From Mobula birostris (lineage: Eukaryota), in contig NC_092379.1 in NCBI RefSeq assembly GCF_030028105.1, forward strand, positions 18,432,742 through 18,496,741: a stretch of DNA of 64,000 bases. The letters are read 5' to 3'. Under the pieces are notes generated by a model, which was given only the letters and a program-made list of their open reading frames with translations, had not been told where the DNA came from and did not search any database. This document shows, one piece after another, positions 34,140-48,210 of the stretch (positions are counted from its first letter, which is position 1; every line of letters starts with the position of its first letter). A program made the translations under genes and the position numbers.

Positions 34140-35720
34140 CCAAAGCATCTTCATCAAAGACTCCTGTCGCAATTACGGAAACAGCAATGAAGAATCCTTC
34201 TACATCTGAGTGTGATAGTGTTCCCTAGTCACCACCTGGGACTTGCATGGCTGACAGGAGTGAAAACAGAGAGGAAGCTACGGGTATGGTGAAGGGAGCC
34301 ATGAACTTTGCCAAGACCAAGACCAAAAATGTTTTTTGGAATTGTCGAACCATGTACAACACTGTCAAGCTAGCACAAATAACCACAGTAATGTGTCATT
34401 ACAGCCAACGTACACTGGCATCAGTGAAAGCAGATGGTCAGGGTCTGGCAGACTAAAGACAGCAGCTGGTGCAACAGTTTTATATTCAGGAAGGGAAGAT
34501 GGTCAACGTCATGATGGATTAGCTGTCATTTTGAAGAAAGGCATTGAGAAGTGCCCAGTGGAATGAAAACCAATCAACAGTCGGCTGGTGAGAGTCAGGC
34601 TGAGAGTGAAGCAAGTGAACATGACTGCGATCCAGTGCTATGCTCCAAATAACAATAGTGACATTGAAGAATAGGACATTTTCTACAAATGGTGGAGATA
34701 GAGTTAACACCACGCCATGACATAATCATCACCATTGGAGATCTAAATGGCAAAGTGGGAAATAACAACTCACACTTCATTAGGGCCATGGATACGCAAG
34801 GATATAGGATGATCAATAACAATGGTGAAAGTCTGGTGGAATTCTGTGCCATGAACAATCTGGTCACAGGAGAGACCCTCTTTCCACACCATGAAATAAA
34901 CAAACTGACATGGAGCTTACCCAATGGATGTGACAAGATCCAGATTGACCATTTGATGATAAATGGTATGTGGAGATGATCCTTGCAGGGTGTAAAGGTG
35001 AAGAGAGGTGCAGATACAGGAAGTAATCATCACTTTGCTGTAGCAGTGATGAAACTCATGCTGAGAAGCACTGGGACCACAGCACATGTACAAAGATGTT
35101 TTGATGTTGAGAAACTTAAGAACATCAGTGTGAGATCTGCCGTCACCATTCAGCTTAAGGAGGGCTTTCAGACATTGGCGGGGATGTGTCAGTGGACAAG
35201 ATCAACACGATGTAGAAACAGATTGCATCAGTGTTCAACAAGAGCAGCGAGGCTTGTCTACATTACAGCGCTGGAAAAAATAACAAAGCATGGATACAGC
35301 AGGAAACATGGACAGACTTAGAAGAAAGATGGAAAATTAGGAAGAAAATGTTCAATGCAAAGTCAACACGAATTAAGGTGAAACTTTAATTGGCATTCAC
35401 TGAAGCTAGCAAGAAAGTGAAGAGCTTCTAAGAGTGGATAAGAGAGTCTACATAGAAGACCTTGCACTGGTGGCCACAAGAGCGCCAGTCGATGTGATCA
35501 GGAAAATATATACAAGATTTCAAAACTGGTATGTGGAATGTTCCAAGCCAGATCCAGTAGCCCCATGAGAGGCAAGAAGGGTCTGCTTTTGACAAGAGCA
35601 TGGAGCACGATGGACAGGGTATTTCAGAAATTTACTGAGTAGACACAGAGGACCTCTGGAAGGCCCCCTGTTCAGATTAAGTCAAGCCACATCTCCGACA
35701 GGAAGCTGAGAAGGAAATAC
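34140..35720 (+). mobile_element. Degenerate RTE-clade LINE, endonuclease region
   Basis: WNCRTM, GISESRWSGSG, IQCYAPN, IITIGDLNGKVG, TWSLPNG..KIQIDHLMI, GADTGSNHH motifs with many stops. Confidence 0.85.
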
Positions 35721-36279
35721 CCCAATATCACTGTCCAGTTTCACCCACCTGTCAAGAATGAGAATATGAAATGTGTTTCTGGTAAATCAACATCTGCACA
35801 CAGAGATTCTGTTCAAATTTATCCCGTGCACTGAGTGTCAGAAGGAGTTTGTTCAGCCCTTCCGTCTATTCCCTCCAAAGCTGACCTATGTCCGATCTCC
35901 ATTTACCCTCCTTGGCTCATATTTTAATAATTGAACTCAAACAAAATTCTATTAATTTTGAAATTTCAACTGACACCTCCTCCCACCGCCCCCCACCCCA
36001 GTCTTGACCAGTTCCCAGGAAGAGATCCAGATTTCCAGTGCCCTGTATATCCTGAAGTAACAGATTCTTTGTGTTATTCTTCTGCACCATTCTTGAAAGT
36101 TTTTAAACTCCCCAATTACACTGGCCTTCAATTTTCCACACTTCAGGAAACAAGAGACCAGACCTAATATTCTATCCTAGTCCCACTAGCACTTCGCTGG
36201 CCCTGGTCCACACAACCCCTTCTCCAAGGGGTGATGCCAAGAATCACAGCCAGTGCTTCAGATGTGGTCCAATTAGACC

Positions 36280-37505
36280 ATAGAATACAGCACATTACAG
36301 GCCCTTCAGCCCACAATGTCGTGCCAACCCTTAAACCCTGCCTCCTATATAGCCCCCCACCTTAAATTCCACCACGCACCTGTCTAGTAGTCTCTTAAGC
36401 TTCACGAATGTACCTGTCTCCACCACTGACTCAGGCAGTGCATTCCACGCACCAACCACTCTCTGAGTAAAAAGCCCTCCCCCTTGAACTTCCCACCCCT
36501 TACCTTAAAGCCATGTCTTCTTGTATTGAGCAGTGGTGCCCTGGGGAAGAGGCGCTGGCTATCCACTCTATCTATTCCTCTTATTATCTTGTACACCTCT
36601 ATCATGTCTCCTCTCATCCTCCTTCTCTCCAAAGAGTAAAGCCCTAGCTCCCTTAATCTCTGATCATATTGCATACTCTCTCAACCAGGCAGCATCCTGG
36701 TAAATCTCCTCTGTACCCTTTCCAATGCTCCCACATCCTTCCTATAGTGAGGTGACCAGAACTCCAATTGTGGCCTAACCAGAGTTTTATAGAGCTGCAT
36801 CATTACATCGCGACTCTTAAACTCTATCCCTCGACTTATGAAAGCCAACATCCTATAAGCTTTCTTAACAACCCTATCTACCTGTGAGGCGACTTTCAGG
36901 GATCTGTGGACATGTACCCCCAGATCCCTCTGCTCCTCCACACTACCAAGTATCCTGCCATTTACTTTGTACTCTGCCTTGGAGTTCGTCCTTCCAAAGT
37001 GTACCACCTCACACTTCCCCGGGTTGAACTCCATCTGCCACTTCTCAGCCCACTTCTGCATCCTATCAATGTCTGTCTGCAATCTTTGACAACCCTCTAC
37101 ACTATCTACAACACCACCAACCTTTCTGTCATTTGCAAACTTGCCAACCTACCCCTCTACCCCCACATCCAGGTCGTTAATAAAAACCACGAAAAGTAGA
37201 GGTCCCAGAGCAGATCCTTGTCGGACACCACTAGTCACAATCCTCCAATCTGAATGTACTCCCTCCACCACAACCCTCTGCCTTCTGCAGGCAAGCCAAT
37301 TCTGAATCCACCTGGTCAAACTTCCCTGGATCCCATGCCTTCTGACTTCCTGAACAAGCCTACCGTGTGGAACCTTGTCAAAAGCCTTACTAAAATCCAT
37401 ATAGATCACATCCCTTGCATTACCCTCATCTATATGCCTGGTCACCTCCCCAAAGAACTCCATCAGGATTGTTGGACATGATCTGCCCTTCACAAAGCCA
37501 TGAAA
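36280..37505 (-). mobile_element. CR1-type LINE 3' part (reverse transcriptase)
   Basis: [63 protein letters not shown]. Confidence 0.9.
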
Positions 37506-40500
37506 TCTCTACTCCACAGTAGTGTAATTTCCACCCCTCTGTATCCCTGTTTTCCCCATTAACTGCAGCACATTGAGACCTTTAGCTTAAATTCATCCTT
37601 AGGATTAATTAGAACCCAAACCTGCCAGTGGTCTCTCATCTTTCACATTCCCTCTCTGTCCGCTGGGATTGGTCATTCCCTTATGGAATCTGAGTCAGTC
37701 AGCTGACACAGCAGAAACAAGACCTGTCCAAACAACAACCTCTGTGACTGTGGGCAGTTTACCTCCTTATGTTTCTCACCACCCCTGAGTATTTTCATAC
37801 GTACCTGCCTCGACCTAAAGAGAGTGGGAGAAGAACATGGTGAAGGAAAGGAAACTCAATAGATTTTGTTTCTCTCCCGTGACTCTGGTAATACACAGAG
37901 TTAAATGAAACGTACAGCACAGCAGCAGATTCAGACCAATTATTTCATGCCATTGTTTATTTTCTGCAGGAACCTCCAGTCACTCCATCTTTGTGCATCT
38001 GGGTTAACTTCCTCTTCTGTTCCCTTTCACAACATTCACTTCTGTGGGAGAGATCTATATTCTCCCATCCTCTGGATGAATAATCCAAGTTGGATGATTA
38101 GTGATTATTTACAATAGTTTTAATCCCCCTGAAGACTTTCTCCTCCAACCTATCAGGTATTTTTCTCATCTGTGAGGTGGAAATATGCTTTACCCTTCAA
38201 CCTTCTCATGACCCGCCTTTCCAGGGTGTATATGAGCATCTAAACCTCTCACATATTACTAATGAGTCCAACAATGTCCCCCTTTTTTCACAGGAAAGAG
38301 CCCAAAAGTCAAATCCAGTACATTCCAGCATCAAGGAGGCAGTGTCCCTGCTGGGAGAATTCCATGGGACTGGGTAAGAGGAGAGTACAGATTGCTTTTT
38401 GTCCAAGTTGAAGCACAGGTTTTCATGCCTGCATTAATCTGGGTGAAACTTCATGAACCCTCAGTTCTGGTTGCTCCATTGTAAGGATGTGGTGGATTTG
38501 GAGAGGATGTAAAAGATGTTCACGAGTATATTGTCTGGATTAGAGAATATTAGCTGTAAGGAGAGGTTGAACAATCTTTGACTGTTTATTCTGGAGCGTA
38601 AGCTGAGAGGCAACCTGATAGAGGCTTATAAAAGTATGAGAGTTATTGACAGGGTCGACAGTCAGAGTCATTTTTCCAGGTTAAAATGTCATTTCCAAAA
38701 GGACAGAGATTTAAGATGAGGGGTATAACATTCAAAGGAGATTTGTGGGTTGTATTTTTTACAGAGAGTGATAGCTGCCTGGAATGCACTGGCAGGAGTG
38801 GTGGTGAATCAGCATGATAGTACAGTTGAGATACATTTGAAAAAGCATGTGACCGTTCAGGATATGGAGGGATATGGATTCTATGCAGATAGTTCGGTTT
38901 AGATTAATTTGGCGTTGTGGTTGTCACAGTCATCATGGGCTGAAGGGCCTGTTCCTGTGCTGTACTGTTCTGTGTTGTAGGGTTACTTGAAGCTCAGTAA
39001 CATTTGTTATTAATAGCTGACAGATGTCTGAAACTCTGCAATAACATTAACACTTAGTCCTTACACTTCCTCTCAGGTTTCACAGGCAGGTTTAATTTGA
39101 GCAGGGGGCCCTCCCAGTGGAGCTGTGTTACTAAAAAGAATAAACACACTGCTTTACATATGGAAATACAATTCTAACATTGTGCTTTGCACCAGCCTAC
39201 GTTTATCACACAGAATGAGACAAAATGAATCGAAACCGAAGGGCAAAATATGCAGAGACAGCAAGACCCTCTCTTCATTACAGAGCATTTGTCTCGTGTC
39301 AGAAACAGGCTCACTGTAATGATGATTGACTGTTACTGATTGATTTATTGATTATGGTATGGGAATGAGCAGTTCAAATGTATGTACACCTGCATTTTAT
39401 GTTCTGAAGCAGTTGGGAGACTCCCACCAACAACTGAAAGTGTGTTTGCTCAGACTGAGCACAGAAGTTCATCCTGATGACTGTAGTTCAGGTGATCAGA
39501 TAATTGTGAATTGGCAGCAATAAAGTGGAAAATAAAGAGAAACTAAAAGATGCCACGGACTGCCTTGTCAATGTTCCATCGATGGGCAGAATCCTGGTGT
39601 GACAATCTGGAGCTGATGTCTGTTGATGAGAACGAAGGCTGCTCAGTGAATCAAGTTTAGACTGAAACAGCAACACAGACAACAATCTCTGTGGGAGCTG
39701 GGGGGGGGGGGCGAGATTATCAGTGGCCTGGAAACTCTCAGGCCCTGAAGATCAGGGATAATCAACTTGCGTATTCAGAGAGAATCAACAATCTGCAATT
39801 GCAACATTGTCAGCTGATGAGGTCTGCATGTATTAAATCTATTAAACCTTTCTTTCTGACATCTGGACAATAAAATGTGTAGTTTTATTCCTATAAGAGC
39901 CTTGGGCCAGTAGATTGCTATTTGATTTTTGTGTTTACCTTAAATAAAATAACATCACCTGAATTGGATTTGTGTCTCTTTAAACTCTGATTGATAGATC
40001 TCACAATACCTGCAAATAACTGTCCTGAGGAGGGTAGTGTGATGGTACTACCTTATTATTTGGGGAATTTTGCCCTTTCAGGTGTTGGATTGGACTGTAT
40101 AATTGTTATTTGGCTTGTAGTTTAACTTTCTTATGTTTGTTTGTTTTTAAATAATTACCTACATAGATGTAACAGTGGGTTGCCGTTCCATGCATCTCCT
40201 GGAAACTCCCAATTTCAGTGGCAGGTATCACGTTGCTCGAATAGGGACTATCTCTCTGGTTAATTTAAGCAATGGGATTTGAACGGAATGTCTGCTACAG
40301 TATTCAACAGTCATAAGCAATGGGTTTTAATGCCCCTTCCTGACCTCTGAAGAACTCCTCATCAGGACATCAGGACCCAACACAAGTTTAAGTTTTGATC
40401 AATGAATCCATCAGACAGGCTGGGGAACCCAGCATTTGGGGTGGCATGGTAGTGGTGAAGTATGTAAAGGGTTAACACCGTCAGTTAAGCATAGCAGGCT

Positions 40501-40889
40501 GTTTTCTCTGAAAGAAACCGTTGATGATCGACAGATGTGCCATTCAATGCTGATCAATATTTCTTCTCGAAATTAGCCAGCTGGTGTTTCAGGGTCTTTG
40601 TCCCTGTGCAATTATGTGCAGAGATAAGACCAGCCTGTTCTGTGTATGAGCCATTATGCCTATTGTGTAATTTGTCTTTCGGGAATGTCATGGAGTAGGT
40701 AAGTTTGGCTCCAGCCTGTCTTGGGTGGGGGTATCTGAATGAATATACTCATGTTGTAAGGGGAATTGTGAGTTAGTTGGTGGACTGTTCCTGTTTGGGC
40801 GAATAACTGAGTAAGCCCCAGGTGCTTTGAATAAAGAATTTGTACTTATACGGTCTCTGAGTGACTTTATCCAGATTCCACTTCCACAG

Positions 40890-41170
40890 CAGTGTAGTGG
40901 TTAGCAGAATGTTTACCAGTGCAGGTGACCTGGGGTTCAATTCCTGTCGCTGCCTGTAAGGAATTTGTAATTTCTCCCCGAGAATGTGTGGGTTTCCACT
41001 GGGTACTCCAGTTTCCTCTCACAGTCCAAAGACAAACCAGTTGGTACTTTAATTAGTCATTATAAATTGTCCTGTGATTGGACTAGGATTAAATCGGGAT
41101 TCCTGGGCAGTGTGGCTCGAAGGGCCAGAAGGGCCTATTCCATGCTTTATGTTGATAAATAAATAAAGTA
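40890..41170 (+). mobile_element. tRNA-derived SINE
   Basis: gtagtggttagc A-box-like and ggggttcaattcc B-box; ends in taaataaataaa. Confidence 0.65.
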
Positions 41171-41789
41171 AATAATTTACATGGACTTTACTGACTTTTT
41201 GTCAGGAATTCATTCTAAAATGATTCCTGAGTTTCCTCTCACTCTCCTCCATATGGGAGTCCAGTCCTACTATCAATCACTCTGTCTGAGGAGCTTCCTC
41301 AACAAAGTCCACAGATTCATTCTAATGAATTTAAACCTGCAGTACTGTGTCTTAATATAAATCGGTCTTATGGACGTCATTCCCATTCCCTTCACTCCTC
41401 CACCTCTCTATGTCTGACGTCTCATTGAGCCAGTAAATTGTGGTGTAAACCATTTCAGCACATCATCCTGTTGGGCTGAGGCATTGCTTCCAGATTCCTC
41501 CTCTGACCAGACATTTCCTTACCTGCCATTCCCTCTCCTTCTATGATCTGACATCTGATTTATGCCCTGATGGGTCATCCCACACAGCAGTATCCAAAGA
41601 GGTGTACTTGTTGCTGGGGAGAATGGCTACAGCGGAACCTTGCAATGACTGCTGAATCCCCTTACCTCTTCTGTTGGTCACCCATCTACTGTGTGAAGCC
41701 TGTTCTCTGGGTGTGACCACCTCTTCAATAGTCTCATCTATAATGCCTTCAGCCTCCTGGATGATCCTGAGTACATCCAACTCCAGCTC

Positions 41790-44560
41790 CAGTGGAGTAT
41801 TACACTGGGGTAAAGGGAATTACAGAGTCATGAGAGAGGAGTTAGCCAACGTTGAATGGAAGGGGACACTAACAGAGATGATGGCAGAGGAGCAATGACA
41901 AGTATTCTGGAGGCAGGATGACATTCCATGGCTGACAAGGGAAGTCAAAGACAAAGTATAAACAAAAGAAAGGGCCTATAATAGAGCGACAACTAGTGGG
42001 GAGTTAGAGGATTGGGATGCTTTTCAAAACCAACAGAAGGGAACTAAAAAAGCCGTAGGGAGAGAAAAGATGAAATATGAAGGTAAGCTAGCCAATAATA
42101 TCAAAGGGGATACCAAAAGGTTTTTCAGATATATGAAGTGTAAAAGTGAGGCGAAAGTAGATATTGGACTGCTGGAAAATAACACTGGAGAGGTAGTAAT
42201 GGGGGAACAAGGAAATAGTGGACGAAATGAATAGATATTTTCCATCAGTCTTCACTGTGGAACACGCTCACAGTTTGCCGGAGGTTTGAGAATGTTGTGG
42301 GGCATAAGGGAGAAGGTGCTTGGGAAGCTGAAAGGTCTGAAGGTAAATCAGCCACCTGGACCAGATGGACTACACCCTAGATTTCTGAAAGAGGCAGCTG
42401 AAGAGATTGTGGAGATATTAACAATGATTTTTCAAGAATCACTAGATTCTGACATGGTTCTAGAGGACTAGAAAGTTGAAAATGTCATTCCACTCTTCAA
42501 CAAGGGAAAGAGGCAGAAGAAAGCATCTTCCCAGTCACTCAGACCAGGTCATTTAGCCTGGTCTGAGTGACTGGGAAGATGTTGGAGTTGATTGTTGAGA
42601 ATAAAGTTTCAGGGTCCTTGGAGTCACATGAGAATTAGGCGGGAGGAGAAGATGGCGGCGTGGCACAGCACGCGCAGCTCTCTGGTGAAATGATATCGTA
42701 TTTGTAAGTAGGATGCCGTGCACAATTCTGATTTGATGGAGACAGAGGTGAGAAAGCACAGAGGAACATCTGGAGAAATTTCTGAAATGCTCGGTTCGCT
42801 GTCGCTGCTACTGTGCGATCGAGAATCTCCAGAGGGAAGGCCCCAAAATCCCCGGCTTTGCCTGCTGCTGGTGACTGAGGCTGGGGTCGAAGCGTTCGGC
42901 AGAGGTGGTGCTCGGTACTCGGTGTTGGAGGGTTGATCGGAGCTCGAAGTTTTCGGACGACTCAGAGTCGGACTGTGGTCGGGCATGGCAGGGAGAGTTT
43001 TCTTCCTTCTCCCGTCTGCGTGAGATGTGGGACTTACGAGAGACTTTGAACTTTTTTTACTGTGGCATGGCCTGTTCTTCATCAAGTTATGGTATTGTTG
43101 CACTGTTGTAACTATATGTTAAAATTATGTGGTTTTTGTTAGTTTTTCAGTCTTGGTCTGTCCTGTGTTTCTGTGATATCACACTGGAGGAATATTGTAT
43201 CATTTCTTAATGCATGCATTGCTAAATGACAATAAAAGAGGACTGTGTGTCCTCACAATCTAATCTAATCTAAATGGCCAAGTCAACATGGTTTCCTTCA
43301 GGGGAAATCTTGTCTGACAAACCCATTGGAATTCTTTGAGGAAATAACAAGCAGGGCAGACAAAGGAGAGCTGGTGGATATTATGTGCTTGGATTTTTAA
43401 AAAGCCTTTTACAAGGTGCCACACATGAGGATGTTTAGCAAGATAAGAGCCCATGGTATTACAGGAAAGATACTAGCATGGATAGAGCATTGGCTGAATG
43501 GCAGGAGGGAAAGAGCAGGAATAAAGGGAACCTTTTCTGATTGGCTGCCGGTGACTAATGGTGTTCCACAGGGGTCAGTATTGGGACCGCTTCTTTTCAC
43601 ATTTGGATGACAGAATTGATGGCTTTTTGGTCAAGTCTGCGGACAATATGAAGAAAGGTGAAGGGGCAGGTGTTGTTGAGGAAGCAGGTAGGCTGCAGAA
43701 GGACTTAGATTAGTGAATGGACAAACAAATGTCAGATGGAATATACTGTTGGGAAGTGTATAGTCATGCACCTTGGTAGAAGGAATAAAAGCGTAAACTA
43801 TTTTTAAACGGGGAGAATACTCAAAAATCCAAGATGCAAAGGGACTTAGGAGTTCTCGTGCAGAATTCCCTGAAGTTTAAATTGTAGGTCAGTGGTGAGG
43901 AAAACAAATACAATGTTACCATTCATTTCAGAGGACTAGAATATAAAAACAAGGATGTAATTCTGGGGTTTTATAAGGCATTGGTGTAGTCTCACTCGGA
44001 GAGTTGAGAGCAGCTTTGGGCCCCTTATCTAAGTAAGGATGTGTTGACATTGGGCAGAGTTCAAAGGAGGTTCATGAAAATGACTCTGGGATTGAAAGGC
44101 TAATCATATTTGGAGCATTTGATCGCTCTGGGCCTGTACTTGCTGGAATTTAGAAGAATGAGGGGGATCTCATTGAAACCTATCAAATGTTGAAAGGCCT
44201 AGATAAGGATGCATGTGCAGAGAATGTTCCCCACGGTGGGGGAGTCTAGGACCAAAGGGCACAACTTCAGAATAGAGGGACGTCCATTTAAAACAGAGAT
44301 GAGGAACAATTTGTTTAGCCTAAGGGTGGTGAATCTGTAGAATTAGTTTTCACATGCAGTTATGGAGGCCAGGTCACTGAGTGTATTTAAAATGGTGGTT
44401 GATAAATTCTTGATAAGTCAGGGTGTAAAAGATTATGGGGAGAAGGTAAGAGAATGGGGTTGAGAGGGAAATGGATCAGCCATGATCAAGTAGCGGAACA
44501 GACCCAATCAGCTGAATGGCCAAGTTCTGCTCCAATATCTTATGGTCTATATGGTCACTG
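41790..44560 (+). mobile_element. Decayed CR1-type LINE with a nested insertion
   Basis: PPGPDGLHPRFLKE, DIMCLDF-KAFYKVPH, VTNGVPQGSVLGPLLF fragments and a CR1-like 3' tail near 44500. Confidence 0.85.
42638..43272 (+). mobile_element. Short retroposon nested in CR1, ending in (AATCT)n; 5'-truncated paralog at ~55964-56447
   Basis: Both copies share ...atgcatgcatt(g/a)ctaaatgacaataaaagaggact..gtcctca.aatctaatct, and both interrupt CR1 sequence. Confidence 0.8.
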
Positions 44561-46220
44561 AAAGTGGAGTCACATGTAGACAGGGTGGTGAAGAAGACTG
44601 TTGGTATTGTGTGTAAAAATTGGGAGTACATGGTGGGATTGTACAAGGTGCTGGTGAGATTGCATATGGGGTATTGTGTTCAGTTTTTATTCGTCCTGCT
44701 GGTGAAAAGATGTTATTAATCTGGAAAGAGTGCAGAAAAGATTTACAGGGATGTTGCCATGACTGAGTTAAAGGGAGAAGCTGTCTAAACTAAGACTTTC
44801 CTTGGGGTGAATATACAGATTGCAGAACATATAATTTATTTACAGTTACTGAGGGGAGTCAAAATAACAGTGAGATGGATGTCTTTCTGCTACTGTACTT
44901 GGTTATTAAATCTCTAGCAACCTCCAGCTTAGATCTGGTGAAAAACTCTGGCTTGCAGGAGACCGAGTGGAGATTTTGTAGATGCAAAAAATGAAGAGGG
45001 CAATGGATAGGAAAAGTTCCCACAAAATGCTGTCAATGTGACGAGCTTGGATGGGCCTCTTGGTCAGCATGGACGAGTTGGGCCGAAGGGCCTGTTTCCA
45101 TGCTCCTTGACTCTCTGACTCTCCAAATGCAAGTGCAATTTACCGTGGGCAATTAACCTACCAACAATCCTGTAGGATGTGGAAGAAAGACATATTTCAA
45201 TGTGACATATTCATCTGAAAAGCTCCGGCAGACTCAGGAACTCCTGATGGTCTGGAATCCTCCTGTGCACTGTTTTACCCACATCCTCCACCCTCTCAGT
45301 CTGACTGATACACTGACACCCAGTGGCTGTCGGTTGGTATTACAACAATCAGTTTGACTGAAGCCTGAATATTTGGAGGTGTTCCTCTGACCCCAGTGGT
45401 TACAGTTTATCACTGCAAGGTAACAAATGCTTCGTCAAATTGTCTTCCATCCAGACACAAGAGTCTGTAAATGCTGGGATCTGGAGCTGCACACAATCTA
45501 CTGGAGGAACTCAGCGGGTTGAGCAGCATCGGTGGACAGAAGCTGTGGAATCCCTGAATGAGGACAGTCCATGAGCATCTGGGTAACAACAGACAGAATG
45601 AAATTACCTAAGTAAAGAAAACCTGCTGATGTTGAAAATCAGAAGGAAAAACTCTTGGAAGCACTGGACAGGCAATATAGATTGTACATCAGTGGTGGCG
45701 GGAAAGAAATGGAGTGTTGGTGATTAGACTATATACATCTCCAAATATGCCAACTTATGTATGTCAGTCAATGATCATCAAAACAACTGTAAAATAGCAA
45801 AAGCAGAGTCCAATGAACAAGAGCTCAAATCAAGCTCTATTGAAGATACTGTATAAATGCAAATTATTGCAAGGTAATGATATATTAACAGAAAAAGCCA
45901 GCGAGGGAAAGCAGGGATTGTATAAAATGTCCCATCAGTGAGAAACTGATGAAAGAAAACCCTCTCCTTTCCCTGTCTGTCACTTTCAATGTGACAAATT
46001 CATCTGAAGAGCTCCTGTAGTCTCAGACCCTTCTGGCACAATGGAATCCTCCTGTGCATTGTTTCACCCACACCGTCCAGCAGTGTCTCTGTGCCTGACT
46101 GTTACACTGACACTCAAGAGACTATTACTGCAGCCAGTTTAACTGAAGGCTCAGGATCTGGAGGTGGTCCTCTGACCCCTAGTGGGTGTAGTTAGTATTG
46201 CAGGGTAACAAATTGTTTGA

Positions 46221-48210
46221 ATCACGAGGAAATCTGCAGATGCTGAAATTTCAAGCAACACACATCAAAGTTGCTGGTGAACGCAGCAGGCCAGGCAGCA
46301 TCTCCAGGAAGAGGTACAGCCGACGTTTCGGGCCGAGACCCTTTGTCAGGACTAACTGAAAGAACAGATAGTAAGAGATTTGAAAGTGGGAGGGGGAGAT
46401 CCGAAATGAACTTCTCACCCTCTGAAACTTTTTGATGATTTTAAGTTCCCTGGCCCCCACCGCTTTATTTTCACCATGGATGTCCAGTCCCTATATACTT
46501 TCATCCCCCATCAGGAAGGTCTCAAAGCTCTCCACTTCTTTTTGGATTCCAGACCTAACCAGTTCCCCTCTACCACCACTGTGCTCTGTCTAGCGGAATT
46601 AGTCCTTACTCTTAATAATTTCTCCTTTGGCTCCTCCCACTTCCTCCAAACTAAAGGTGTAGCTATGGGCACCCGTATGGGTCCTAGCTATGCCTGCCTT
46701 TTTGTTGGCTTTGGAACAATCTATGTTCCAAACCTAGTCTGGTATCTGTCCCCCACTTTTCCTTCACTACATCGACGACTGCATTGGCGCTGCTTCCTGC
46801 ACGCATGCTGAGCTCATTGACTTCATTAACTTTGCCTCCAACTTTCACCCTGCCCTCAAGTTTACCTGGTCCACTTCCGACACCTCCCTCCCCTTTCTAG
46901 ATCTTTCTGTCTCTATCTCTGGAGACAGCTTATCTACTGATGTCTACTATAAGCCTACTGACTCTCACAGCTATCTGGACTATTCTTCTTCTCACCCTGT
47001 CTCTTGCAAAAATGCCATTCCCTTCTCACAATTTCTCTGTCTCCGCCGCATCTGCTCTCAGGATGAGACTTTTCATTCTAGGATGAGGGTGATGTCCTCC
47101 TTTTTTAAAGAAAGGGGCTTCCCTTCCTCCACCAACAACTCTGCTCTCAAACGCATCTCCCCCATTTCACACACATCTGCTCTCACTCCATCCTCCTACC
47201 ACCCCACTAGGAATAGGGTTCCCCATGTCCTCACCTACCATCCCACCAGCCTCCGGGTCCAACATATTATTCTCCGTAACTTCCGCCACCTCCAACGGGA
47301 TCCCACCACTAAGCACATCTTTCCCTCCTCCCCTCTCTCTGCTTTCCACAGGGATCGCTCCCTACGCGACTCCCTTGTCCATTTGTCCCCCCCATCCCTC
47401 CCCACCAATCTCCCTCCTGGCACTTATTCTTGTAAGCGGAACAAGTGCTACACATGCCCTTACACTTCCTCCCCCCGGACAGTCCTTCCAGGTGAGGTGA
47501 CACTTCACCTGTGAGTCAGCTGGGGTGATATACTGCGTCCGCTGCTCCCGATGTGGCCTTCTATATATTGGCGAGACCCGATGCAGACTGGGAGATCATT
47601 TCGCTGAACACCTACGCTCCGTCCGCCAGAGAAAGCAGGATCTCCCAGTGACCACACATTTTAATTCCACGCCCCATTCCCATTCTGATATGTCTATCCA
47701 CGGCCTCCTCCACTGTAAAGATGAAGCCACACTTAGGTTGGAGGAACAACACCTTATATTCCGTCTGGGTAGCCTCTAACCTGATGGCATGAACATTGAC
47801 TTCTCTAACTTCCGCTAATACCCCACCTCCCCCTCGTACCCCATCTGTTATTTATATATAAACACATTCTTTTTCTCTCTCTCTCCTTTTTCTCCTTCTC
47901 TCCCTCTTACTATACCCCTTGCCCACCCTCTGGGCTTGTTTTCCCCCCCTCCCCCTTTTCTTTCTCCCTAGGCCTCCCATGATCCTGTCACATCCCTTTT
48001 GCCAATCAACTTTCCAGCTCTTGGCTCCATCCCTCTCCCTCCTGTCTTCTCCTATCATTTTGGATCTCTCCTTCCCCCTCTCACTTTCAAATCTCTTACC
48101 ATCTCTTCTTTCAGTTAGTCCTGACGAAGGGTCTCGGTCCGAAACGTCGACTGTACCTCTTCCTAGAGATGCTGCCTGGCCTGCTGCTTTCACCAGCATC
48201 TTTTATGTGA
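46221..48210 (+). mobile_element. Penelope-like retroelement (RT C-terminus + GIY-YIG endonuclease) with inverted terminal repeats
   Basis: MDVQSLYT, QTKGVAMGTRMGPSYACLF, YIDD, IYCVRCSRCGLLYIGET..RLGDHFAEH. 46221-46410 is the reverse complement of ~48020-48210. Confidence 0.9.
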
